This document shows positions 17,996 through 26,678 of a stretch of DNA of 42,622 nt, piece after piece (position 1 is the stretch's first letter; each line of letters opens with the position of its first letter). The notes under the pieces were generated by a model, which was given only the letters and a program-made list of their open reading frames with translations, searched no databases and had not been told where the DNA came from. The position numbers and the translations under genes are program-made. Origin of the DNA: a virus (lineage: Duplodnaviria; Caudoviricetes); IMG/VR virus record IMGVR_UViG_3300020042_012373, positions 1 to 42,622 of that record. The stretch is one strand, 5' to 3'.

Positions 17996-18361
17996 ATGCA
18001 CATGAGCTACGGAAACTTCAGAGACGGGTATCTAAAAGTCGGTCAGCCATTGGGCATGATTCCCCAAGATGTTTTGCTTGTCGCAGATGATACTTCGATC
18101 ATCTTGGCAAATGAAACCGCGCTCCTTCGTTTGCAGTCCGATAACACGACTGCGGCTAACCGAACCTTCACCCTCCAGCCTGGCTATGTTGTGGGTCAAG
18201 AGCTCGTGCTTGTGTTCATCAGCGCAGGCGCGACGACAGCCCAGCTTCTCGATAGCGGAACAGTGGCTTTAAGCGCCGCTTGGACCCCGACCCTTAATGA
18301 CACCCTCCGCTTGGTCTGGACGGGAACTGTGTGGGTAGAAACGGCCCGAAGCGATAACTGA
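17996..18361 (+). CDS. Putative virion fibre/decoration domain protein
   Basis: TFTL.PG..VGQELVL...DTLRLVWTGTVWVETAR, a beta domain similar in style to the tail-fibre N-terminus. Confidence 0.55.
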   Translation: MHMSYGNFRDGYLKVGQPLGMIPQDVLLVADDTSIILANETALLRLQSDNTTAANRTFTLQPGYVVGQELVLVFISAGATTAQLLDSGTVALSAAWTPTLNDTLRLVWTGTVWVETARSDN

Positions 18362-18870
18362 TGGCAGGACGGGGCAGACCGAGAAAAGAAGGTAGCCCTG
18401 TCAGGAACCCCAGCCACGGGAAGGAGCCAGTAGACCTGGAGCTTACCGAGCCGGGGAATCCTTTTATTGCGCATAAAGAGAGTGAAGACTTCCAGGGGTC
18501 CAAATTCCAACCGGGGCAGGCGGGGTCGAATGGCCCCATTCCTGGAATGCTGACTCCCCTCATGATTCGAAGATTGCTATCTCGGATGTGGAAGATGAAC
18601 CGATGGCAATTGCAAAAGCTAGTTGAGGACCCCAAGACCAGCATGGGTGAGATTACCCTCGCGGCTATCCTTGTCAAAGCGGCTGGGGACGGGGACGTAC
18701 AGAAGATTGAGTTTGTTTTGAATCGGATGATTGGGAAGGTCAAGGCAGCGCAGGAAAAGCCGGAACAACTCGATGAATTGCGGCTTATACCAACCGAGAA
18801 GATCTTGGCTCTACTGGATTCTTTGCCTAAAGATGTGCTAGATGTAACCCCGAAGGAGGGGGTGCCCTAG
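18361..18870 (+). CDS. terS: Terminase small subunit (DUF5681-like)
   Basis: GRGRPRK, KFQPGQAG motif, helical ILVKAAGDGD..IEFVLNRMIGKV. Confidence 0.68.
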   Translation: MAGRGRPRKEGSPVRNPSHGKEPVDLELTEPGNPFIAHKESEDFQGSKFQPGQAGSNGPIPGMLTPLMIRRLLSRMWKMNRWQLQKLVEDPKTSMGEITLAAILVKAAGDGDVQKIEFVLNRMIGKVKAAQEKPEQLDELRLIPTEKILALLDSLPKDVLDVTPKEGVP

Positions 18871-18946
18871 TTCTATTTCAAAGCGGTTTAAGATGGGTTA
18901 AACTCTTTGCTAAGGCACGAAAGCTTTTTATGTCAAAGAAGGGATA

Positions 18947-20680
18947 TTGTCAATGCCGCCACGCTTTTCTAAGATCATGTCGAAGATGCAAGACGAAGAG
19001 GACGTGCCAGCGGATATCCCGAATCCCGAGATGTACATGCCCGAGCCCGAGAGGGAGATAGCTAGGCCATTCCCCCCTGGCGTCGCGGCTCAGGAAGCTT
19101 TCGACGACATGCTGCAGCGCCGAGTCGTAGACCCCTTGTCCCAAGCTGGATACGAGGACATGGGAGCGGGTCTTGCAGCGATACCAAGCGCAGCGCATAG
19201 CATGATTGTCCCGCAGACTGACTTGGATGTAGCGGGGACGATTATCCCTCTGCCGGGTGTTGCGAAGCTGATGAAGAAAGGGAAGTTTAGGAAGATTCGC
19301 AATGCGATGAAGGCAGAGGATCCTGAGGAGGTAGGGGAGATAATTGCGAAGCAGGCGGGGAAGGAAGGCGTTCCTTACGAAAGTCCTGACGAAAAACTGA
19401 ACAGATTAGTGAAAGAAGAACTTGGCGACTACAAAAACTGGGGCGATGAAGTCATTGAAAAGGCTGAAGTTAGGGCATATGATGAAAAGGAAATGCTACA
19501 AAGGGCTGACAGAAAGAATGCTGAAGAAAAGCGATATTTAGAGCAATTTGGCAAGTCTGAAAAAGAAATTGAAGATGGGATCAAAGAAAAATATGGGATT
19601 GAAGGTGACAATTGGTCAGCCGTAGATTCTGAAGCTGATCGTAATTTTGGAACTAGTGACTTGTCAGGCAAACGTGGAAATGTGATTGAGATCACTGACG
19701 GTGATCAAACATTGGAAGTTTTAGAGGATGAATACCTGGATATCATGGGACTGTCTGGTGGTATTCCGATCGATGAAACTCCCTTCGCACAAGCGATGAA
19801 AACGAAAAAGCCGAAGGTTGAGGCTCCCCAAGCCAAGCTAGATGATCGCACTCAAAGAATCAAAGACAGCCTGACTAAGACTCCCCTCAAGTCAGTCGAA
19901 CCCCCCAAAGATCCCTACGAGGGATTGGGCAAGATGATAAGAGAAGATGAAGAACTTGACGCGATAAAAAACCAACAAGCTATCGATGAAGCAAGAAAAA
20001 AGATTCAAGACAGGATAAATAAGCCTAAGATTGTAGAGCCCCCCAAGTCCCCCAAAGGCGAGCCCGAAGCCTCTTCTCGCTTCCCTGGAATCCAGTCTCA
20101 GATGGACGTAGCCCCCACTAGAATGGACGAACGGGGTAGGTCGTTTGGTGACGTGGGGCAGAGTGAGTTTCTGCCTGATAGCAGGCCTATGCCGAGGTTT
20201 GAGGAGGTGCCGAGAAGGAACTATGTTGAGAGTGAATTGCCAGGGGAAGCAATCTCGGACATGTATCCTCCCGAAACCGGCAGACATTTTCAAAGAGCCT
20301 ACATGGACAAATCGCCTGAGGAGCTCCAAGATCAAACGATGTTAATTCAAACTCTCGGCGGGGGGCCCGCATCGGATGCTTATGATTTGCAAAAGCAGAT
20401 GTACAAAGGCCGCCCCTCCTTCGAAGCGGAGCAGGAGAAGTTTGGGAAGGTGAAGGAAGCGATGCGAGGGAATAGCACTGTAAGGCAGAAATTCAGGATA
20501 TTAAAAGCAGATGGAAAAGATGTAACAAGAGCCTTCGGTGTTGAAGAAAATATGGCTGGTATGACGCAAAAAGAATTGCAAGACATAGTGGACCCCACTG
20601 GAAAAAGATATAAAGTTGTTTCGGCAGTATCGCCTGAGGAATCCGAAGAATTGTTAATGGAAAAACTAAGGGACTTTTAA
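18947..20680 (+). CDS. Large acidic hypothetical protein, 577 aa
   Basis: Long ORF rich in E/D/K/P; start may be ATG 18953; no catalytic motif recognised. Confidence 0.7.
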   Translation: MSMPPRFSKIMSKMQDEEDVPADIPNPEMYMPEPEREIARPFPPGVAAQEAFDDMLQRRVVDPLSQAGYEDMGAGLAAIPSAAHSMIVPQTDLDVAGTIIPLPGVAKLMKKGKFRKIRNAMKAEDPEEVGEIIAKQAGKEGVPYESPDEKLNRLVKEELGDYKNWGDEVIEKAEVRAYDEKEMLQRADRKNAEEKRYLEQFGKSEKEIEDGIKEKYGIEGDNWSAVDSEADRNFGTSDLSGKRGNVIEITDGDQTLEVLEDEYLDIMGLSGGIPIDETPFAQAMKTKKPKVEAPQAKLDDRTQRIKDSLTKTPLKSVEPPKDPYEGLGKMIREDEELDAIKNQQAIDEARKKIQDRINKPKIVEPPKSPKGEPEASSRFPGIQSQMDVAPTRMDERGRSFGDVGQSEFLPDSRPMPRFEEVPRRNYVESELPGEAISDMYPPETGRHFQRAYMDKSPEELQDQTMLIQTLGGGPASDAYDLQKQMYKGRPSFEAEQEKFGKVKEAMRGNSTVRQKFRILKADGKDVTRAFGVEENMAGMTQKELQDIVDPTGKRYKVVSAVSPEESEELLMEKLRDF

Positions 20681-20699
20681 CCAAAGAAAGGAAGCTACC

Positions 20700-20777
20700 A
20701 TGACTACAGCCACTGGAGGATTTTGTGTGGATCGAATGAAAAAAAAGCCTAAGCCGAAACCAAAACCAAAATGCTGA
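20700..20777 (+). CDS. 25-aa Lys/Pro-rich micro-protein (not in ORF track)
   Basis: MTTATGGFCVDRMKKKPKPKPKPKC after AAAGGAAG. Confidence 0.45.
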   Translation: MTTATGGFCVDRMKKKPKPKPKPKC

Positions 20778-20795
20778 ATTATAAAGGATTGAATT

Positions 20796-21041
20796 GTGAG
20801 TCATCCAAGCAACAAAGTTACAATTGAAAACGTTGACGATATTTTCACTTATCACCATGAAGAGTGGAAAATTAAACACTATAACGAAATAAGAGCCTTT
20901 GCCAGATCACTTGCGGCAACAATTTTAGATAATGCTCCTGATTGCGCGGATAGAGATACAGCCCTCAGAAAGTTAAGGGAGTGTGTTATGGCCGCGAACG
21001 CTGCAGTGGCTTTGGCAAAAGACCCTTGGTCGCTGAAATAA
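20796..21041 (+). CDS. Acb2/Tad1-like helical-hairpin protein (putative immune-signal sponge)
   Basis: FTYH...Y.EIR..A..LA..I....P...R..AL.KL.E.VM.ANAA.A hairpin pattern. Confidence 0.65.
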   Translation: MSHPSNKVTIENVDDIFTYHHEEWKIKHYNEIRAFARSLAATILDNAPDCADRDTALRKLRECVMAANAAVALAKDPWSLK

Positions 21042-21062
21042 CAGTATTTATGGGGAGCGTGA

Positions 21063-21392
21063 ATGAGCGTAGACGAACCATTAAAACCCTCGGATTGGGA
21101 TGATGTTAGAGTTTTCATGGAAGGTGAAATAACTAAAGAGGAGGAAGAAAGCCTCGAAGTCTATTCAAAGAACCAAGATGCTGTATTGGATCTTCTAAAA
21201 AGAGAGAAGAAATATAACTTTCTGGGGGAGCTAGCTAACAGTTACGGCGAGCTTGCGCACGAAGTGAATAACAGGATCGAGCTTACGAAGATGATGGATC
21301 CTGGAGCTATCGCAATTGCTGTTCAGCTTTTACTGTCTAGCTTTGAGTTGATTGAGAAGGCGGCGTTTACTGTGAAGGAAGAGTCTAAATGA
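21063..21392 (+). CDS. Hypothetical protein
   Basis: 109-aa acidic helical ORF with GGGGAG RBS. Confidence 0.6.
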   Translation: MSVDEPLKPSDWDDVRVFMEGEITKEEEESLEVYSKNQDAVLDLLKREKKYNFLGELANSYGELAHEVNNRIELTKMMDPGAIAIAVQLLLSSFELIEKAAFTVKEESK

Positions 21393-21577
21393 TTGGCGAA
21401 CAGGCCCCAGCAATCATAAATTTCTATATGGATTTACATAATTGGAATGCTGAAAGCCTCAATGAAGGTAACAGGGATGATTGGGACGATTTGATAATAG
21501 AATTTATCCGTTATTTACATGATCGAGCGACCTTTATGGACGACATGTCAAAAAAGATTCATGAGGTATCCGAATGA
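21389..21577 (+). CDS. Hypothetical protein
   Basis: 62-aa ORF with ATGA overlaps on both sides. Confidence 0.55.
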   Translation: MIGEQAPAIINFYMDLHNWNAESLNEGNRDDWDDLIIEFIRYLHDRATFMDDMSKKIHEVSE

Positions 21578-21681
21578 CCCAGCTTATGTTCGTCTTCGTG
21601 TCATGGGCCGCTATAGCCCTAGCGGGATTTGGGGTATATACAACTTTTAAGGTGATATTCCGTGGACGAGATAAGAACTAA
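21574..21681 (+). CDS. 35-aa single-TM micro-protein (not in ORF track)
   Basis: MTQLMFVFVSWAAIALAGFGVYTTFKVIFRGRDKN; GAGG upstream; ATGA overlap. Confidence 0.5.
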   Translation: MTQLMFVFVSWAAIALAGFGVYTTFKVIFRGRDKN

Positions 21682-21919
21682 AAGCCTGTGGAATGTCGAG
21701 AAGTGCGAATGGGAATACCCTGATGAATACAGGCTTTACAAGCATTATTTAGGCTTTGCGGCCCACCTTGCGGAGAGGATTCGAAGGGTGTTAATTAATG
21801 AATGCTTTGTGCGTAGTGAGTTTGTCCCCGAGGCTTTGGAGACACTCCGAGCCTTGGAGATATTGGTAGAAAAAGCCGCAAAAAAGACTAAAGAAGAATA
21901 TGATAGTGAATACAGCTAA
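21662..21919 (+). CDS. Hypothetical protein
   Basis: 85-aa ORF, GTG start after AAGGTG. Confidence 0.55.
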   Translation: MDEIRTKSLWNVEKCEWEYPDEYRLYKHYLGFAAHLAERIRRVLINECFVRSEFVPEALETLRALEILVEKAAKKTKEEYDSEYS

Positions 21920-21927
21920 GTCCTAGT

Positions 21928-22010
21928 TGTTAGACGTCTAACATTTAGACACCTAGCCAATTTGTAACCTAGCGATATATCTAGGCTACAGGCATGGCAT
22001 AGGCATTGCA
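21928..22010 (+). promoter_or_regulatory. Putative sigma54 (-24/-12) promoter with upstream palindromes
   Basis: TGGCATAGGCATTGCA at 21995-22010 (GG-N10-GC); perfect palindrome TGTTAGACGTCTAACA at 21928-21943; imperfect inverted repeat 21963-21990. Confidence 0.6.
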
Positions 22011-22057
22011 ATATGTCTAGTATCCCGCAATACCGCGGGGGGATAAAGGCGAAAAAC

Positions 22058-22375
22058 ATGGCAAAGAAAATCACAATTGAATTTACAGCTAAAGAAATAA
22101 CCTGGCTTTACTTCCAAGCCTGCGACACCTGTCTAACAGGTAGTGGTCAAAAAGAGTGGTATCACCCGATGCACCTCCCCTGGAAAGAGATTGTCGCGAG
22201 GCAGAAAAAGGCTAAATATTATGTTTATTGGTGCAAGACCATTGTAGACGCTAAGATGCTAGTCGCTGCTTGGGGGTTAAAAGAATATGACATTATCCTC
22301 GATACGCGAGATGAATATAATGGCGAGATATCGTTTGTAGTGTGGTGTCAAAGGCCTTGGAGAAAGGCGAAGTAA
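22058..22375 (+). CDS. Hypothetical protein
   Basis: ORF track 22013; likely ATG 22058 (MAKKITIEF); converges on the next gene. Confidence 0.6.
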   Translation: MAKKITIEFTAKEITWLYFQACDTCLTGSGQKEWYHPMHLPWKEIVARQKKAKYYVYWCKTIVDAKMLVAAWGLKEYDIILDTRDEYNGEISFVVWCQRPWRKAK

Positions 22376-23425
22376 TCAATCTAGCTGATCACTATCCTCG
22401 CTCCTCTGCCTAAAATAAGCCCTTATCTGATCACGAAGCCTCACACTCCGCTCGTCGTCGTGGTCGACTAACTGATACAGCCCCTTCGAGTCTCGCTTTA
22501 GGTCTCGGATGGGGTCGAAGTTATTCTGTTCGAGGATCTTCCAACGGTCCCAGTATTGGCGGGCCCCCTTACGTCCATGCCAGTCGTGGGCTATGACCCC
22601 TGGAACGTAACCGATGTTTTTACGGATATACTTGACTGCCAGTTTTTCCCAAGCAGAGACACTCTCTTTGTAGGAGTCGGTGACTTTCCCCGAAACTCCT
22701 TCGGACGCTCGCTCGATGAAGGAAAGTGCCATGTGATGATCACCTGCCCCGAGGATAGCGGTGTCTAAAAGCCCTCCCATACGCTCAAAAGCCTGCCTTC
22801 TCCAGCCCCAAGCGAAGCCTGGATGCCAGTAGATCAGCTTATCTTGGATGCCATATTTGTGCTTAGGATTGGAGAATCTTTTGGGGTTTAACTTCCCGTC
22901 GTGATCGATCAGTGGGGGAATCTTCCGGTTAGCTAACTGGTTATGGTAGCAATAGACAAACCCGTGGTTAGTCCCTACAGGATTTAAAGAAGGATGGGGG
23001 CCGATATCTAAGGCCATGTGAAAAAGCTGGATAACATCGTATGTCTGGAGTTGTTGGACACTTTCGTGTAACCAGTCGGGCCTCATAAACTGGATATCAG
23101 CATCGACGACTAAAACATACTTCCAATCAGGTGGAAGCCGAGTCGTCGCGATGTTGAGCATATTCTCCTTATGCCACAACTCTGTCCGAGTCCGAAGCTG
23201 GAGAGAGAGTGGATCACCATCCATCGTCACCTCGAAAGGCCTGTCCCCGATAGCCACTTCGACGGTGAAGAGATTGGCCCCGGAAGCTTCCATGTGATGC
23301 TTAAACTTCCGGTAGAGGTTGTATCGAGATTTAAACCTCACGACATTGCTGATGCAAGTGATCACCCATGCTTTGCTGGTATCAATAGGGGTCAGGTCGG
23401 TCTTTAAGATATCTTTAATATCCAT
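22376..23425 (-). CDS. GT-A fold glycosyltransferase-like protein
   Basis: WHKENMLN, YVLVVDAD (DxD), GFAWGWRR.AFERMGG, GAGD, HDWHG motifs. Confidence 0.7.
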   Translation of the reverse strand: MDIKDILKTDLTPIDTSKAWVITCISNVVRFKSRYNLYRKFKHHMEASGANLFTVEVAIGDRPFEVTMDGDPLSLQLRTRTELWHKENMLNIATTRLPPDWKYVLVVDADIQFMRPDWLHESVQQLQTYDVIQLFHMALDIGPHPSLNPVGTNHGFVYCYHNQLANRKIPPLIDHDGKLNPKRFSNPKHKYGIQDKLIYWHPGFAWGWRRQAFERMGGLLDTAILGAGDHHMALSFIERASEGVSGKVTDSYKESVSAWEKLAVKYIRKNIGYVPGVIAHDWHGRKGARQYWDRWKILEQNNFDPIRDLKRDSKGLYQLVDHDDERSVRLRDQIRAYFRQRSEDSDQLD

Positions 23426-23485
23426 TGCAAAGGCCCTTGTTTTATCTTGTGTGATCTTACGGGATATTGTAGCTTAAATTTTCCT

Positions 23486-24892
23486 ATGCAAGAAAATATT
23501 TCTGAGAGAGATCTAAAAAATGCGCTGTGGAGCCGTGGTGAACTAGCCTACAAGCTTGACACCTTACAGCGCAGGATAAGTCGTACAGTGCGTGAGAATG
23601 CAGATTCGCGAAAAGTCTGCATTCTTTCATCACGTCAAATCGGTAAAACTTACTGGGCTTGTATCTTTGCTCTTGAGTATTTGTTAAAGAACCCAAAGAA
23701 AATTGCGCGAGTTATCGCTCCGACCTTTAAACAATGCCAAGACTTAGTTAATGACAACCTAGCACTCATTTTAGCAGATGCACCGGAAGGCTTGCTTCGA
23801 AGGGCTAAAACGGAGTATCGATATAACCTTTTCAATGGATCTTCGCTTAGACTTGGAGCCCTTGAAAGGGCTTATGTCGATGGCAATCGGGGGGGCAATG
23901 CTTCCCTGATTATTTACGAAGAATGCGGCTTCGTCACTTCGGATGACTTCAATTATGGAGTCGACTCAGTAATGGGCCCCCAGCTTTTACGCTCAAACGG
24001 CATGGAGATATTCGTCTCAAGCCCCAGTGAAGAACCTGATCACCCACTGCACACTCGCATTTTGCCCCAAGCCGACATGCTGGGGACGCTATTCCAATAC
24101 ACGGTTTATGACTCGCCTTCCATCAGTGCTGAGATGATTGAAGAGGCAGCTAGACGGTGTGGGGGCACTCACACCGATGCGTTCAAGCGGGAATACCTAG
24201 CCCAAATCATCAGGGTCATGAGTAAAGTCGTTATCCCGGGTTTTGACCCCGCAAAGCACGTCAAAACGTTTACCCTGCCTCACCAAGCGAACATCCAGCT
24301 AACGGCAGACTGGGGAGGGACAAGAGACATGACAGTGGCCTTGGTCCATGCCTACGACTTTGTGCATAACCGGCTCCTCATATGGGATGAAAAGGTCTTC
24401 CAAGCGAACACCCCGAGCGTGGCCATTAAGAAGTCCATGGACGAATGGCAGTATAATTGGCACTCCAAGCATGCCGATGTTCCAGGTCAGGTCCTTATCG
24501 ACCTTTACGAGCTCGGGGCAGAGTTTACAACCCCACCTAAATCCGACTGGCTAGCTTCAGTTCAAAGCATGTCGAACCTGTTCGAAATGGACCAAATTTG
24601 GATTCATCCTCGGTGCAAATTCCTTATCCAGTCTTGTCGGGCTGGGGTCTTTAACAAGAACCGGACCGACTACGAGCGCTTACCCGAGATTGGACACTGT
24701 GATGCTTTAGCGGCTTTGATGTATGCTAACCGCGTACAGAATCGAGAGAACCCATTCGCTAACCATGATTATGTCAATACGGAAAATATATTTGTATACA
24801 ACAATAAAAAAGAAATTGAGGATATTCAAATCGAGGATTTGGTTCCAGCGAACAAATTCCCCGGACCCTCAAGATTCGGAAAGTTTAGATAA
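23486..24892 (+). CDS. terL: Terminase large subunit
   Basis: SRQIGKT Walker A, IIYEECGF Walker B, FVSSP motif III, FKREYLA, ADWGG..D RNase-H motif, HCDAL; ORF track 23447, likely ATG 23486. Confidence 0.93.
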   Translation: MQENISERDLKNALWSRGELAYKLDTLQRRISRTVRENADSRKVCILSSRQIGKTYWACIFALEYLLKNPKKIARVIAPTFKQCQDLVNDNLALILADAPEGLLRRAKTEYRYNLFNGSSLRLGALERAYVDGNRGGNASLIIYEECGFVTSDDFNYGVDSVMGPQLLRSNGMEIFVSSPSEEPDHPLHTRILPQADMLGTLFQYTVYDSPSISAEMIEEAARRCGGTHTDAFKREYLAQIIRVMSKVVIPGFDPAKHVKTFTLPHQANIQLTADWGGTRDMTVALVHAYDFVHNRLLIWDEKVFQANTPSVAIKKSMDEWQYNWHSKHADVPGQVLIDLYELGAEFTTPPKSDWLASVQSMSNLFEMDQIWIHPRCKFLIQSCRAGVFNKNRTDYERLPEIGHCDALAALMYANRVQNRENPFANHDYVNTENIFVYNNKKEIEDIQIEDLVPANKFPGPSRFGKFR

Positions 24893-25275
24893 TGGCAAAA
24901 ATCACGATCAGTCGGATTTTCGAGACAGCCCGAGCATTGTCTACGGACGCTGGAACGCAGTTACAGGATTTTATACAGTTCCAGGCGCAGTTAGCGGAAA
25001 TAGCAATTCGAGCGCTGAGAAACGGTCTGACTGATGAAGACAATACCGACTGCGAGATTAAAGTGGTCGAGCTCACCCACGACACCCCCTTGGTCCTTGG
25101 TGTCACGAAAAAGAAGGCGAGGGAAGTCAGAGTGAGGCGACTTCTCACCGCGACGACAGCCCTGTCAGCCCCCTTGGCGTGGGGTTTCACGAACAATGGA
25201 TCGGTCACAATCACTGGAAAGTTCTTACCCGTCCCGACCACAGTGGTCCAGGTCGAGATAATAATCCTTTACTAA
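24892..25275 (+). CDS. Putative virion structural protein
   Basis: TAATG coupling to terL; helix ALRNGLT..DN then beta strands. Confidence 0.55.
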   Translation: MAKITISRIFETARALSTDAGTQLQDFIQFQAQLAEIAIRALRNGLTDEDNTDCEIKVVELTHDTPLVLGVTKKKAREVRVRRLLTATTALSAPLAWGFTNNGSVTITGKFLPVPTTVVQVEIIILY

Positions 25276-25297
25276 AACAAAGCGTTAGTCGTATAAT
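25268..25297 (+). promoter_or_regulatory. Possible sigma70 promoter for the head operon
   Basis: TATAAT at 25292-25297 with TTTACT 18 bp upstream, in the gap before the scaffold gene. Confidence 0.4.
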
Positions 25298-25335
25298 TCT
25301 CGGTAACTCCAACCAATTGGCGAGGCCAAATTTAT

Positions 25336-26166
25336 ATGACTGAAACTGCTTTAGGCAGTGGTTCGTCCGAAGTGACGCCACAGGCCGAACCAGCGCCTTC
25401 TCGTTTTAAGGTGCCTGTAGACGGTGAAGAACTAGAAGTAGACCTTGACGAGCTCAAGCGTGGCTACAGCCATAGCCGAGCCGCGTCCAAGCGTATGCAA
25501 GAAGCTGCAGCGATCCGCAAGGCGGAGGAAGCCCGGAAAGAGCGGGCCAAGGCTGGAGACTTCTCCTGGCTTCAGGAATACGGTGTCCCCAAAAATGATG
25601 TTCTCAAGTGGGCTGAGAAAGAGCTCCTCGATCTGATTGAGTTTGAAGCTCTTCCCGAGCCTGAGAAAAACTACAGGACAGAAAAACAAAAAAGAGAAGC
25701 TTTAGAAAAACAACTCGAAGAGTTAAGCGCCAAAGAGCGAGCTCAAGTCGAAGAACAGATAGCCCAAAAAGCTTTCAGTGAGATTGACGACGAGATTGCA
25801 AAGGCCTTAGAATCTTATAAAGGTAAAAAGACACCAAGACTTATTCGCCGAGTCGCCGAAGCCATGTATGCCAACCTGGAAACTAACCAGGAGCCACTTC
25901 CAAGCACGAAGGCACTAGAGAGAGCTAAAGCCTCTTTGTCCGAGGACATTCAAGAATACATGAATACCTCCTCACCCGAAGATGTGATTAAGCTGTTTTC
26001 CAAAGAGCAATTGTCTGCACTGAGAAAGCACTTTGTTGCTGGAGCGCAAGAAGGAAACCCCTACGGACGCCAACCGAAGCCAAGTCAAGATCAGCCAGTA
26101 AAACGCTCAAAAGCCATGACCACAGATGATTATTTCAAAAAACTAGAACAAAAATTCGGGAGATAA
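25336..26166 (+). CDS. Capsid scaffolding protein
   Basis: KVPVDGEELEVDLDELKRGYS motif, long charged coiled coil, upstream of the capsid gene. Confidence 0.82.
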   Translation: MTETALGSGSSEVTPQAEPAPSRFKVPVDGEELEVDLDELKRGYSHSRAASKRMQEAAAIRKAEEARKERAKAGDFSWLQEYGVPKNDVLKWAEKELLDLIEFEALPEPEKNYRTEKQKREALEKQLEELSAKERAQVEEQIAQKAFSEIDDEIAKALESYKGKKTPRLIRRVAEAMYANLETNQEPLPSTKALERAKASLSEDIQEYMNTSSPEDVIKLFSKEQLSALRKHFVAGAQEGNPYGRQPKPSQDQPVKRSKAMTTDDYFKKLEQKFGR

Positions 26167-26169
26167 TAC

Positions 26170-26652
26170 ATGTCTAGCCCAGGTCTATTTTTCTGGCAGG
26201 ATAAGATTGGCAAAACCAATCCCCACGTTGTCACATTTATGTATCAAATCACAGCCGCTAAGACTGTGAGTCAACTTCCCCAAGGGACCCCTACGCTCAC
26301 CTCTTTCGATGCTCTTGCATCCCAAGCAGTGATCGACGACTTTCTTGGAACCACAAATGAATTTCTTTTGGCGCAGTTCAACGCGGCTTCCCTTGGAGTT
26401 GACGCATTTGGCCTGATTTGTAACTTCGGCAGGCAGTGCGATGAACTTTACATGGTCGAGGCTTATGTCGACGATTTGACCACAAGAGTGGACGCGTCAT
26501 TCCCAGCGGTCACCACACTGACCAGTTCTTCCTTGACCACTCAGTGCGCAAAAGGCGCTGACGGTAACATGGCCGCTCGTTTGGTCCTTACTGGATTAGA
26601 CGCGCTGACTTCAGGTGTGATCGTGGTTAAATTCCTTTTCCGTTCCAAATAA
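26170..26652 (+). CDS. Putative capsid decoration/minor head protein
   Basis: Beta-rich 160-aa protein between scaffold and capsid genes. Confidence 0.5.
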   Translation: MSSPGLFFWQDKIGKTNPHVVTFMYQITAAKTVSQLPQGTPTLTSFDALASQAVIDDFLGTTNEFLLAQFNAASLGVDAFGLICNFGRQCDELYMVEAYVDDLTTRVDASFPAVTTLTSSSLTTQCAKGADGNMAARLVLTGLDALTSGVIVVKFLFRSK

Positions 26653-26678
26653 CAAACAAAACATAATGGGGTTTCTAT

